Part shown: positions 38,501 through 50,619 of the stretch, in pieces
Position numbering within the stretch: the stretch's first letter is position 1
How the letters are laid out: the number at the start of each line of letters is the position of its first letter
Assembly: GCF_006345805.1 (NCBI RefSeq)
Contig: NC_042997.1
Span: 92,380,001-92,444,000, forward strand
DNA: 64,000 nucleotides
Direction of reading: 5' to 3'
Source of the DNA: Octopus sinensis
Lineage: Eukaryota
Translations under genes and position numbers: made by a program
Notes under the pieces: model-generated
The model's database searches: none
The model's input: the letters and a program-made list of their open reading frames with translations, nothing else
What the model was told of the DNA's origin: nothing

Positions 38501-41500
38501 AAAATCCTAAAGCATATGAAAATATTTTGATTGGTGATAAGCTTTGCATCATATTTGGTTAGTTCTGAAAACATGTTTGGTCATCAAGGGATAGCAAATG
38601 TTTTATATTTTCTTTTTTTGTGATGTTATATATAAACTGAAAGAGTGAAAATAGTGAACTTGGCTAATATAATTATTGGCAATAGTTTTAGTTTTCTTTC
38701 ATTTGTGCAGTCATCAGAATTATTTGATTGAAATTTTAATAGAAAACATCCTCACCATTTAACATCCATACATGTACATGTATATTTTACATTTTGTTTC
38801 CATACTGTCATGGTTGGAATTATTTGTCCATTTCAAGTATCTAACATTTTTACTAAATCTTGCTTCAATTGAGTTAGTACTTTTAACTATATTATTCTTT
38901 TGCCTAAATTAAGATGTTATTTGTTGTAATTGGATGACAGCCAACACTGCCTGCATCACCTGCCTGCCACCCATAACAGCTTCAGCTTTACAGATTCCCA
39001 AGGGGTCTCTGATTCTTCCAGTTCTGGATTTTCTATGATATAACATTTCCACATATAGTGATAATTAAGCTAGTGTTTTAAGGTGACCCCTACCTCTCAT
39101 ACATTTGTTAAGACACTATCTCTAGAAGGGTTACCAGCCAAATCGTAAGAGGCCCTCTTCTCTATGAGACAGACTGCTGTACACCAACCTAATATTTGTT
39201 ATTGAACAAATATATTTACTGCTAGCTGCCATTTCTATTGTTAATCAATCAGTTATTATGTGAAATCTGTTGACTATTCACAAACTGATATAAGCAGTTA
39301 TTTTTTAACCCTGCCTCGTGGCATGGAAGATGGCTATAGTATTAACATTTCAATAAAATGTTTTCAGCCAAAAATCTTCAGTAAATTTTATATGATAAAA
39401 AAACAAACAAAAAGTAGTGTCTCATGTCTGTGAAAAAGGCCAAAATTGGCTGATGTATCACAGAGTTATTTTGTGGTAAGGTTACAAGAGATGATGGTGG
39501 TCAGTCACCGAAACATTAGCCATTTGTTTGCGTGTGTGAATAACATATATAATATGAAAATAAAACACTTTTGATAAAATCTGAATTGTTCATTCAGTTG
39601 TTCATTCAGTTGTTTATAAATGAAAGCAAGTGTCATCACGTGGCTTACTGACCTTTGTGAGCTTAAGACACAGCTTTATTTCAAATCTTCATTTCTTGTT
39701 GAATTGTTTTGTTTCCCATATACCCCTACTGCTCCTATTGTTCAAAATTCACTGTTTCTCCTTGCACAAAGCTAGCAGAATTTATCAACCATAGATTGAT
39801 ATCTCTCATTAGGGAATGTCAAGGAAATGACTTTATTTGATGAGATGGATATCTTAGGATTGATATAAATAAATGTGCAGTCTTTTCAATATTTTTTTGA
39901 AATAAAGGTAAACAAAACATAAAGACTTGTGCCTACTGAACTTCTTTCTTATAGCTTCCTACATATTCTGTGGAAAATTATTTGACTGCATTTTAACGTT
40001 TTTCCATAACACATTAATACACAACATATACTCCACAGAAGCTGAAGGCAGGAAAAGCATGCATGTACATCATTCTCATATTCTTCCTTCCCTATAAATT
40101 TGAAATTTTGTGCCTAATCATATAAGATCAATATTCATGTTACATACTATTTTATTTTCTATTTGTATGTTGATAAAGATACCATGGTTAACTTTCTCTT
40201 TTTTGTCATTCAACTCTACCATCAACTTCACTAAATGCTTTATACCCACAATTCCACTCACAAAAACCTTTCACTAATAACTAGTACTGTTTACTTTTCA
40301 CTGGTTCCACTTGCTTCCACAGTTGACAAATTTGTAAAATCTTATAGCTGAACACTACTAGACCCAAATATCCAGTTGTATTTAAATTGTTACCCCATGT
40401 AATGCTTCCTTTTTGAAAGGATATCCTAACTCTGCCAATAGGGATTCTTTTCAAATGGAGTATGAATGCAGCTATATGCCATAATCCCCTAGAAAGACTA
40501 TTTTGGTTCCTTTATTACTCAGTTACTTCTACATTATAATTCATGTTTTACAGAGGTAATTAATAAACAAGTCTGAATGATTTATTTCATGAGTAAAGTG
40601 TTCAGAACCACTGCATAGCTATTTTTTTTTTTTTTTTTTTCATACATACCACATCTCAACTACAATCTCTTTCTCTCTCACACACACACTTTCTTATCTC
40701 TATCGCTCTCTCTATCTGTTGGATGTCTGGAATGCAGGAAAATAAATAAGATATTAAACTAAGATGGTTAACACTCTTAGTGTCAATATTTTAAATTTCA
40801 CTTTTGAAACTTTATATAGATATAAGCAAATAGATTTCTAAATTCATCATTTTCCTTTTTCTCAATTTATCCTGATGTGACTTGTCATTAAGTTTCTTTT
40901 TTTGTGTGTATGTATGTGTGTGTGTGTGTTTTGTTTTTCCTTTTAATTCTATAATCTATATTTGTGTTTACTTGCCTGAAAAGCAGAAAAAAAAAAATTA
41001 TTATTTTACACTTGCAATTTTATTTAATATTGAGTTAATTTGAACTAATTATTCCTGAATTTCCTATATTTCCTATAATTTGATATCTGCTTCAAAGACT
41101 TTCACATTCCCTTTTAATATAGTAGTGTGTCTGTGAGTATATATTTGTCTGAGCAGATAGTGATGTTGGTTCAGCTATGTACACATTGTTTGTAATCACC
41201 ACTCCAAAAGAATAACTATCTTCCATCAAACAAACAAACAGAAGACCCAAATAATACATGATTTTGTATGTTTTACATAAAACCATATACTGTTGGTTTT
41301 ATATATGTGAGTAGACCTATTAAAGGTATTTTAACAGTAACATTTCCATCTTTTCATGTATTGGGGACTATATTTTTGAATGTATCTTTAAGATTGTAGG
41401 ATGTGATTTGAGGGCAATTTAGTTGCTATTTCTTGTAAGTCTTGTTTATCACATGGTGGCTTCTCCCAAGTTTATTCTACAGCTGGAGTTTTTTGTTCTT

Positions 41501-43254
41501 ATACTTACAATCAGAGGTTGTGATACAGTTGTCCTGACTGTTTTTTATCTCTTCACTATGTGTTTTCATTTAGTGCTATAAAAGCAACAATTAATTACCA
41601 GTTCTATGAACCTGTGAAGTTCATAGTAAGATTAACTCTATTATAGATTATCAGCCACATGCAAAATTTTATCTTTCCTCGTCCACAGTGGTCCTCGGTT
41701 ATTTTGGCTCAAACATTCCCATTTGATTTTGTAAAATCAAGCCCCTTCCCTGTCCCCTCAACATCACATTGCACTTATACAAGTATACTACTTTTGGCAT
41801 CTTTATTTTAAGGAAATATTTGTTGCTTATTAAGGTGCCATAAGAACAATAATGGTAAATTCTAATTTATATAAATTTTAATTGGGTTGGAGAAAATCAC
41901 ATCTTAATATAAATCTGAAGAAAGACGGTGAGCTGGCAGAATTAACACACCGGTCTTTATGTGCTGGATTCAAATGCTACTGGAGTTGACTTGACCTTTC
42001 ATCCTTTTGAAGTTATTAAATAAGCAGTAGTTGAGCACTGGGATTGATTTAATCAACTTAGCTCTTCCCCTGAACTTTCTGGCCTTGTGCCAAAATTTGA
42101 AACCAATATAAACCTGAAGTAATCAGAGTATATCTAGAGAATATGCTCAACTTGTGGGAGTGTTAAAACTTTAAGCAAGTGGAAAATAATAGTGATACCA
42201 TATGAAGTACTGTTGTGACAGAGGATGTGGTAGCAAACCCCTTTATCTGTAAATATGGGAAAATAACTTATGCAAAACAATATTCTTCACAGAAATGAAA
42301 TTGTAAAATAGCATTTTGAGATCAATTTAGAAATGATTATGAAAATTGTACAATGAATGGCAAAAACAGAAAAGATGTTTTCCTTCAAATATGCAGTTAT
42401 GTCTTGATGTCTGCTAACCATAATAGTGTCCCCTTAAGTTCCACAGTCAGTTATGTTAGTAGAATTTATTTTTTTTATCCAGAAAAACTTCTACAATTTT
42501 AATGTTAAAAAAACCCCTTGCAATTTGTTGGTGTTAACAGAACAAATAACTCTACAGCACTCTTGATAGGGAGCATAATGCCCATGTACTCAAAGTAATA
42601 ACTCATTAGCCCTCAGAATAGTTTCAGCAATTTGCAGAATAAACTGTTTCTCTTTTTGGAGTGTATTTCATATCAAGAGACATTTCACCTTTCATGTAAC
42701 AGTGTAATTACTGATTAGGATACGTCTGATTATCACCATAAGATTGAGAAACAATAGACAGCATTTCTGAAAAAATGATTCACCAAAGCTCTGTGACTTT
42801 CCCAACTTCAGTATGAATCTAGTTCTCAAATTTCCCTGATTTAAAAATTTTTTTAAAAATTCCTAATGTATTTAACCTGTTTCTGAATTTGTTTGTTTGT
42901 TTGTTTGTTAAATCCTAGAAGTATGGTCTTTGAACATTTATCACAGCTGTTTATACAGATGATCTTTCATAGTCTTATTGAAAACTTTGTACTGGCAAAG
43001 TAAACTTAGAGGTAATAGAGGGTCTTATGGGAACAGGGCTCATAACATAAATGATAGAAAAATTGAACCTTTTTTCTCATTATTAGATGCCATTTTAGGG
43101 ATAGAAGTTTTCAAATTAAAAATTACATTCAAGCAATCTGATTACTAGCATTGCTGTTTTGCACTTAATTTCAAATATCTATATATATATATATTACATC
43201 CTTACATCCTATATAAACAAACATAAGCTTGTCTTTTTAGCAGTATTGAAATGT

Positions 43255-43405
43255 ATAGGAAGATATATATTTTTTTCAATGCATAAATGCTGATAGAACA
43301 GCAGAGACAGGATAAAATCCTTACAGAGAGGAAAAATTTGTCAGAATTTTATCCTGTCTCTGCTGTTCTATCAGCATTTATGCATTGAAAAATATATCTT
43401 CCTAT
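43255..43405. repeat. Long inverted repeat (about 60-bp arms, 47 bp perfect, 27-nt spacer)
   Basis: Arm 43255-43318 is the reverse complement of 43346-43405, apart from a 4-nt length difference in a TA/T run. Confidence 0.95.
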
Positions 43406-44876
43406 TTGAACCATATTTATATATAATATATATATTTATATATACTGTGTGTGTGTACTAGCTATGCATGCAGACTGTCAGCAGTCATCTGCTACTTTAG
43501 ATATGCTGCAATGTGTGTTTATTTTTGTACATTTCTTTGTACTTAGTGACTTGGTTAGTAATATTAAAATATTGTCATCCATTGGCTTAAGATTATACAA
43601 ATGATTAGCTCAGTTGTCCTATAAACAATTAGTCACCCAATTGAACAGAGTGGCTGTAATTATAATGATGTATTTGCACATTAAAGTTATTTTATTTAGC
43701 ATTTTGTATCCTTTGCATGATGTAATATCTCCCTGTTATTTAGTAGAATAACAGAAACTGTTTCCTGTTTAGAATAGACACAATAATTTATTTTCATGTA
43801 AAGCATAGTGTAAAAATCTGAATCTAGTTGAAGATTACCATTCTGTAATGTATTTATGGAAAGGTTTATTTTTTTACCTTTTTCTCCTATTATTTGCATT
43901 AATCTCCAATGTAATACACAAAGGTAAAGGTTCAAATTTAGTTAAAATTAATAATTCTATTCTTTATTGCTAAAATATATGACTAAAAAATATTTGTACT
44001 TGGAAAAGCATGTTTATACATTTTATGAGTTCTGTCCTGTCTTATGTGTAATGGCCCTTCCCTTTGATATACACTGCCCCATTCTCTAAATTTTCTATAA
44101 TATTCTCAAGGATCTGTTACTGTCCTGTTTGAGAATTGCTGGTCTATGTATTTGTGTATTTTCATTCATTAACTGCTTTCTTCATTTCAATAAATGCTAT
44201 GAAGCGAAGGAGAGGAAGATATTTTCACTTTTCAAAACCATGAAGTAAATTTGTTTACATAGATGTCTTTATTAATTTTTTTTTTTTTTTTCTTTTGTTT
44301 ATAATTTCATGACTAACAGGAAAAGATAATTTTTATCAGAAAAGTGAAAACTTTATAATAACAGTATTCTGAAAGATACTCAGTTATACTTGCTTCATCT
44401 AGTCTGCCAATTATTCTAATGGTTTTTAAATTAAATGTTTATCAAAATCCTTGCCATTTTGTCTAGATATATATTTTTTTCCTTCCTTTTCATTTTTGTA
44501 AAATACTGATGTTATATTTAAAAAACAAAATGTTTGTTTAAAGAATTAAAAAAAAAAAACTTTTGCTTTAAGAAATGCAATTCATATATAATACATCTTG
44601 GAATCGTTTTTTTTTTTTTATCAATATTTGTTTTTAAAAATAAGTTTTGTTCAAATTTTAAAGGTTTAAATGTCTAAAAACTCAAAGAATGGATTCTGTT
44701 TACATTCTGATAGGCAATGCAATTCCTGTAAATACCACACAGTTATTACTGATGTATTTATATTTTTTTTAATCATGATATAAATTATCATGGTATAAAT
44801 TACTATTACTATTTCTACTACAATTTCAAATGTCATTTTGTACATTATGGATTTGTATCACACAATTTTTTTTCAA

Positions 44877-44948
44877 AATAAATACCTGAATTACTAAAAA
44901 AAAAGTGATTTATTTTATTTTATATTCTACTTTTTGTAAAAAAATAAA
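44877..44948 (+). terminator. Candidate distal polyadenylation signals (AATAAA at 44877-44882 and 44943-44948)
   Basis: AATAAA pair at the end of a long U-rich block, followed by GU-rich gattgttagtt. AATAAA is common in AT-rich DNA; a proximal one lies at 32873-32878. Confidence 0.3.
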
Positions 44949-45220
44949 AGATTGTTAGTTATAGGTTTCCAGTTAACCAATCACTTGTTCCTTGCATTTC
45001 TGATGGCTGGAATTGCAATAGAGTGTCAATGCAATGTGGTTGGAATACACACTGAAGTATTTTGTGTTTAATGTATGGGTTTATTGATTTTCTTGATATG
45101 TATTTCTTTTACTGATATACATATATGACAAGCTACAGTTAATGTCTAACAAACTTTTACTCACCAAGGCATTGATCAGTCTGAAGCTGTGGTGGTAGAG
45201 GGGCCATAATATAACATTAA

Positions 45221-45434
45221 CCTTTTGCATTTAAACTGGCCATATCCAACCAAAATATTCTGCTTTATGTTCAAACTGGCCAGATGTGGCTTCTCACATC
45301 AGCCCTACAATATCATTGTAAAAATTAAGTTATCTCATCAGAATCCTCAAATCTACAAGGTAATGTATGATTACTTGAAAACAATGTCACTAAATAAGCA
45401 TTACTTTTGATAGAATAATGTGAATGGTGAAGGG
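45221..45434 (+). mobile_element. TTAA-flanked MITE (piggyBac-like ends)
   Basis: TTAA|CCTTTT ... AAGGG|TTAA; second copy in opposite orientation at 46019-46236. Confidence 0.65.
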
Positions 45435-45644
45435 TTAAACTCAGAGTTATATGGTTGTAAAAGGAATTTCTTAGCCTTACAACAATCCTGTTCCTCAATT
45501 AATCTTAGCATTATTATGTCTCAGGAGGCATCTGTGAATCAGTGCATTTCTGACTGTTCACAGTTCAATTCACTTCAACTCAGAGTACTGATAAATACCA
45601 GAAATATGCTATGAACATGTTTTCAAGTTAACCTTGTTGACATT

Positions 45645-45857
45645 ACAAGATGCAGCACGGATTTTTGTTAGTGAACAGGTCGCGGTCTTATAGCGACGAA
45701 AATATTTTGACAAATTAAACTTAAATGTTGAAGTGAATCGAACGGCTTTTGTGTGTTTCTTAAATGGCTTACAAACATCTTCCACGCTGCAATTGTTTTT
45801 GTTCCATCACACGATCTCAGATCAAATCATTTGCTATGCAAGTACATCTCCGTAAAT
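45645..45857 (+). mobile_element. 213-bp direct-repeat-flanked element carrying a hammerhead-like fold (Penelope-derived or retrozyme-like candidate)
   Basis: CTTGTTGACATT at 45633-45644 and 45858-45869; CpG-rich relative to its flanks; hammerhead topology at 45664-45714. Confidence 0.6.
45664..45714 (+). ncRNA. Candidate minimal type I hammerhead ribozyme, G3:C8 variant
   Basis: Stem I UUUGUUA/UGACAAA; core GUGAACA; extra G; stem II GUCGC/GCGAC; GAAA; palindromic stem III AAUAUU; H17 = U45707. Confidence 0.55.
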
Positions 45858-46018
45858 CTTGTTGACATTGTGCTTTACTAATGAATTTTGTTATTGTCAT
45901 ATCTTGGTTGGGAGATGTCATAGCAGACATAATTGCCAACCATGAATAATTAATTTAACTTAGAAATATTGTAGGGAAATTACGTGTATACACAGCCATT
46001 GCATCGAACATCTCTTAA

Positions 46019-46236
46019 CCCTTTGACATTCAGATTTCTTTGTTAAATGTATTGCTTATTTATTCACATTGTTATATGTTAATCAGGTATTATCTTGTAG
46101 CTTTGAGGTTTCAGTGGTGTGTTTGTATAATTTTAGAATGACATGGTAGTGTAGGTGTTAGTTTGGATCTGGTCAGTTTTAACATAAAGCAGGTAGAATA
46201 TTTGGGCAGGATATGGCTGGATTAAATGCTCAAGGC
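46019..46236 (-). mobile_element. TTAA-flanked MITE, inverted copy of 45221-45434
   Basis: TTAA|CCCTTTG ... CAAGGC|TTAA; the reverse complement of its end (catttaatccagccatatcctgcccaaatattctac) matches the start of the first copy. Confidence 0.65.
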
Positions 46237-46499
46237 TTAAGCCTAGCCTCTCTTTAGTAGAAAAAATTACAAACTATCCTATAATAAATTCAACTGGATC
46301 AACTATCTTAATTAGCCTACCTATTAAAATAAGTAGGCTATCATTATCAAAAGTTGTTGATATAGAAATGTTAAATGATCAACAAATTGGATACAGTATG
46401 TCCTAATTGCTACAGTCTACTTTTTAAATAATCAAACTTTGTCATTTAGCAGGACTTCTACTTCTCAAATGTTTTTCAACTATTGCTCCTTTCCTTTAT

Positions 46500-48170
46500 T
46501 GCAATGCCTCCTTGCTACTATTTTTTTTATATACCCAGGCCTATTTCCCATTATTTTAGGAGGGGGTGGCCACAACAAGACACACACCAGGCATTCCATT
46601 CATTTCCCAGCTCAGTGCAACCCCCAATATCAGCAGCGGGGCCCAATAGCATATACTGGTTTACCCCAACCGCTTCATGCTGGTTCCGTACCCTTTTGAG
46701 CATCATCAGATTCATTCATCTGTTCACAAATACTCTCCAAACTTTCCTGTCATTTATAAACTCTCTTGCCTCTCTCATTCCAACACCTCTAACCACCAAA
46801 GCTTTCCTCACTCCATCCATCCACACAAACTGAGGTCTATCTCTGGTTCTACTGCATACCACTTCTGCCTTCATCATCCTCCTTACTATCCACTCCTCAT
46901 CCATCCTCTCCATGTGGCCAAACCCCCTCAACATTTGTCTATCCATTTTGGTTGTTAGTTTTTCTCTCATTCCTGCTCACCGTTGGTTCCTCCTCATTCC
47001 TTATCCTTGTCCATCCATGTCACACCAACCGTAGCCCTCAGACATCTCATCTCGCCTTCTTTCCGCCTCTCTCGGCCCTCATGTCTCTGTACCATATAAC
47101 ATTGTTGGCACAATCATACCCATGTACACGCCTCTTTTTGCTTTCATACTCAACCTTTTATCTCTCAGCATACCTTTCACAACTCCAATTATCTTACTCT
47201 CCTCCCTCACTCTGTATCCCACATCCTCAGTCACCCCCCCCATCCACCATCATATGCGATCCCTGATACTTAAAAACACTCACCTCTAACATCTCACCAT
47301 TTATACTCACATTCATCCTACCAGCCATTCCATCTCTCGAACATTTCATCACCTTACTCTTAGCTACATTCACTTTCAGTTTCCTCCTCTCACACACTCT
47401 TCCAAACTCTACCACCAGTTTCCTCAGTTGCTCTTCTGAATCCGCCACCAGTGCTGTAACATCAGCAAAAATGGACTCACCTTCCATTTCTCCCCATTTT
47501 CTCACTAAAATATACTACCTATCTCCTTTGTACATCCTCACTTCCCTTCAACAAATTTCTATTTACATCCTTCACCCTTTCTTCCCTTCCTCCAACCACC
47601 TTCCTTACCCTCTGTACCTCTTTCTAAAACATCTTTTTATTTCTTACAAAATGCTCACTTAACTTTTCCTGAACCTTTCACTCGCCTCCCACTTCGCTAC
47701 CCTCACCACTCTCTTTACCCTCCTCTTCACTTCTCTGTAGTGATCATAAGCTTCTCCATCTCTTTTCTGAACCACTCTTCAAAGGCCCTTTTCTTCTCTG
47801 CCACCACATCCCTTTCCTGCTCATTCCACCACTCACTACATTTCCTCACACCCATTCCAACCACTCGCGTACCACATACCTCAGAAACACAACTCATTAC
47901 TGTCTCTCTAAAAGCCTCTCACTTCTCCACATCTCCCACCTCCCGTTTCTTAACCTGTTCATATTCATCTCTCAGTTTCTCTACATACTCCTCTCTCCTA
48001 TCCAGTTCACTCACCTTCACAACCGCTCTCCTCCATGTCACTCGTTTATAATTCCATTTTGAGCATACCTGCAACTTACTCTGTACTAAGAAGTGATCTG
48101 ACACTTCTCCACCTTCACCTCTCATTACATGCACATCCACCAACCTTTCTACCACTCTCTTATCAATTGG
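46500..48170 (-). mobile_element. Degenerate RTE-clade LINE with an internal deletion
   Basis: APE endonuclease end VSDHFLVQSKL, then FADVTALVADSEEQL..LKVNVAKSKVM (RT), then MLRGFGHMERMDEE..RDRPQFVWMDGV (thumb and C-terminus). RT motifs upstream of FADD are missing. Confidence 0.88.
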
Positions 48171-48537
48171 ATATGACTATAAACTACATCCGGTAGTGGG
48201 GCCCTGGTTTCAGGGTTTGAGGAGTGTGGAACTACCTCTTAGCCACTATTGATCCCAGGTCTACTCTGGCCCAGGATGGTAGCACCTGTAAGGATCCCAG
48301 CTATGGGTTAATTAGCAAACCTCCCAGTGACGGGGGAGGGGTCGGTAGAATGCAGTCGCCGTATTCCCTGCGTGGCGTAAGAGGTGACTAAAAGGGGCGG
48401 GAACGAAGGCACTTGGAATCCACTCATAACAATTTCATATTTCTAAAAAGACAATCTTGCTACTACTCAAAATTATATTCTCAGCAAAAAATTGCTACTG
48501 ATCACTATTCAGATACTATTGTCATCTCATCAAAATA

Positions 48538-49787
48538 TGAGGGTCGGCTAAAAAGTCCATAGGCTTAGAAAATACTCTCATGGAATGTGATCAAATGAGG
48601 TTTATTTTTTTACATTGTTCTTCTTGGAGTCCACACACTTCTTCCATCGGTGTTGCAGTGCTTCGATCTCATGGTTAAAAACGTCAACAGCAGATATGAC
48701 GTCATTATCATCGTCTAACTTGTCCCCAGCTAAGCGTTTTTTTTTTTTTCGTATTGGGGAACAGATGATAGTCAGATGGAGTCAAATCATGAAAATAGGG
48801 ACGGTGATCAATCACTTCAAAGCTACAGTCATGCTCAGTAGCCATTAAAACCAAGGACTGGTGTGCTGGAGCATTGTCCTGATGAAACAAGACTCCTTTC
48901 GTCAATTTTCCTGGGCTTTGATCTTGATAGCCTTTCATAATTGCATCAGGTTGGCATAATACTCTCTATTGATGGTGTGGCCCTTTTGAAGATAGTCAAT
49001 AAACACAATGCCTTTTGCATCCTCCAAAACTGAGGTCATCACCTTCACTGCAGGTGAAACGACTCTGGCCTTCTTTGGAGGAGGTGAGGAGGAATGTTTC
49101 CATTGCATAGATTGTCTCTGGCTCAAAGTGACAAAACCAACACTCATTCACTCATCCTGGGTTGGAAAACGTTTATGGAAAGCAGCTGGATTTGTCTCAA
49201 ACAATTTCAGATTTTCCCGTGGTGTGATCACCTTCGTATGCTTTTGATCAAGTGTCAGAAGACGTGGCGCTCACCGAGCAGAAACGTTTGTCATATTAAG
49301 TTCATTGTACAGAATATTCTGAACCCTTCCACTGGATATGCTAATAGTACTGGCTATTTGATTTATAGTTAATCACCTGTCATCCATCAGCATGTGGGAA
49401 ACATGATCGATGTTTTCCTTGGTGGTGGCAGTTGCAGAACGTCCAGACGTTGGGTCATCTTAAAAAGACTTACCCTTCTTATAAATTCAGCTGTCCACTT
49501 TTGCACTTGATAAAACTGGAGCATCATCCCTTAATGTAGCAATCATGTCGGCGTGAATATCTTTGGGGGCTAAGACCTTTTCCTGAAGGTACTTGATAAC
49601 ATCATGATGCCAAGTTTTGTTGATTTTTCAAGAGAAGTCATAACTAGTTACTTTTGAAGTCTCCTTTGAACAGGCAGATGTCCGTTTACCTCGAAAGGAA
49701 TAAAAAATTTTAATTAATGCGCGCAAGATTTCACTGCTCTAGCATCGCTCTTTTAAAGTCAGCCTAGAAAAGTTTCAGCCTACCTCA
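48538..49787 (-). mobile_element. Near full-length degenerate mariner (DD34D) DNA transposon, about 1.25 kb
   Basis: TA flanks; imperfect TIRs TGAGGGTCGGCTAAAAAGTCCATAGGCT / TGAGGTAGGCTGAAACTTTTCTAGGCT; transposase fragments PPPKKAR..KVM..GIVFIDYLQKG and LFHQDNAPAH..DLTPSDYHLF, broken by frameshifts. Confidence 0.92.
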
Positions 49788-50619
49788 TAATATGGAATGT
49801 CAAAATATTTTGTCCACAAATAATACGTGATGATTCACACACAATAAAAATTGGAAATATTTTTGAAAATTAGGACAATTAAAGAAATGCAGCTTACAAA
49901 TTCTTTTTGAATGGTGCTACTATTACCATCACTCACAAATATTCTAGACCTGTATCCAAAACAGGTCATCCTTCACTAATATAACGGCTTTTCATCAGAA
50001 CCAGGAAGCTGCATAGTATTTGCTCAAAGCATCCCCAGGATATCTATTTCTCAAATTCTTTATCTTCTCTCGTCATCACTGTCTCATCCCACAAATCTTT
50101 CTGATCAATCTTTCCTCCCTAGAATAAAACCCCTCTGGAATGTCTTCCCTACATAAGTTTTTCTAAAGGGCGTCAACCGGATACTGGCATATATGAACAT
50201 TAATCGGTGGTCATCAGCATTAAAAGCTAGGCGAATATTAGGTATGAAAGCTGAAAGCCTCGACCAAATATATTGAGCAACATATTGAGCTCAAAATCAT
50301 ATCGTGATTTATTTTATTTTAAAACCAATAGCAGTGTGGTGTGAGATATTGTATTAATTTCTAGTTGCTGCAACATCACTAAATTTACACCACTTGTAAA
50401 GATATGAATATTACAATATCCGATTTCCTCATTATTTTAAAATATGTAGTGAAAAAATTATACAAAAGAAACCAATGATTTCCACATTATATTAGAACTT
50501 CACTGAAACGATTTTCCCGTTTTCTGTCCTTTCTACTCTACTACAAACATACCTATTTTTCTGAACTAACAGAGTCAAATCTGTTTGATGCACCTGCTTT
50601 ATTTCTTGTCACCAGTACC

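Noticed and set aside
48879-48890. CTGATGAAAC as a hammerhead core
   Set aside because: It is the reverse complement of the mariner FHQD codons and has no flanking stems.
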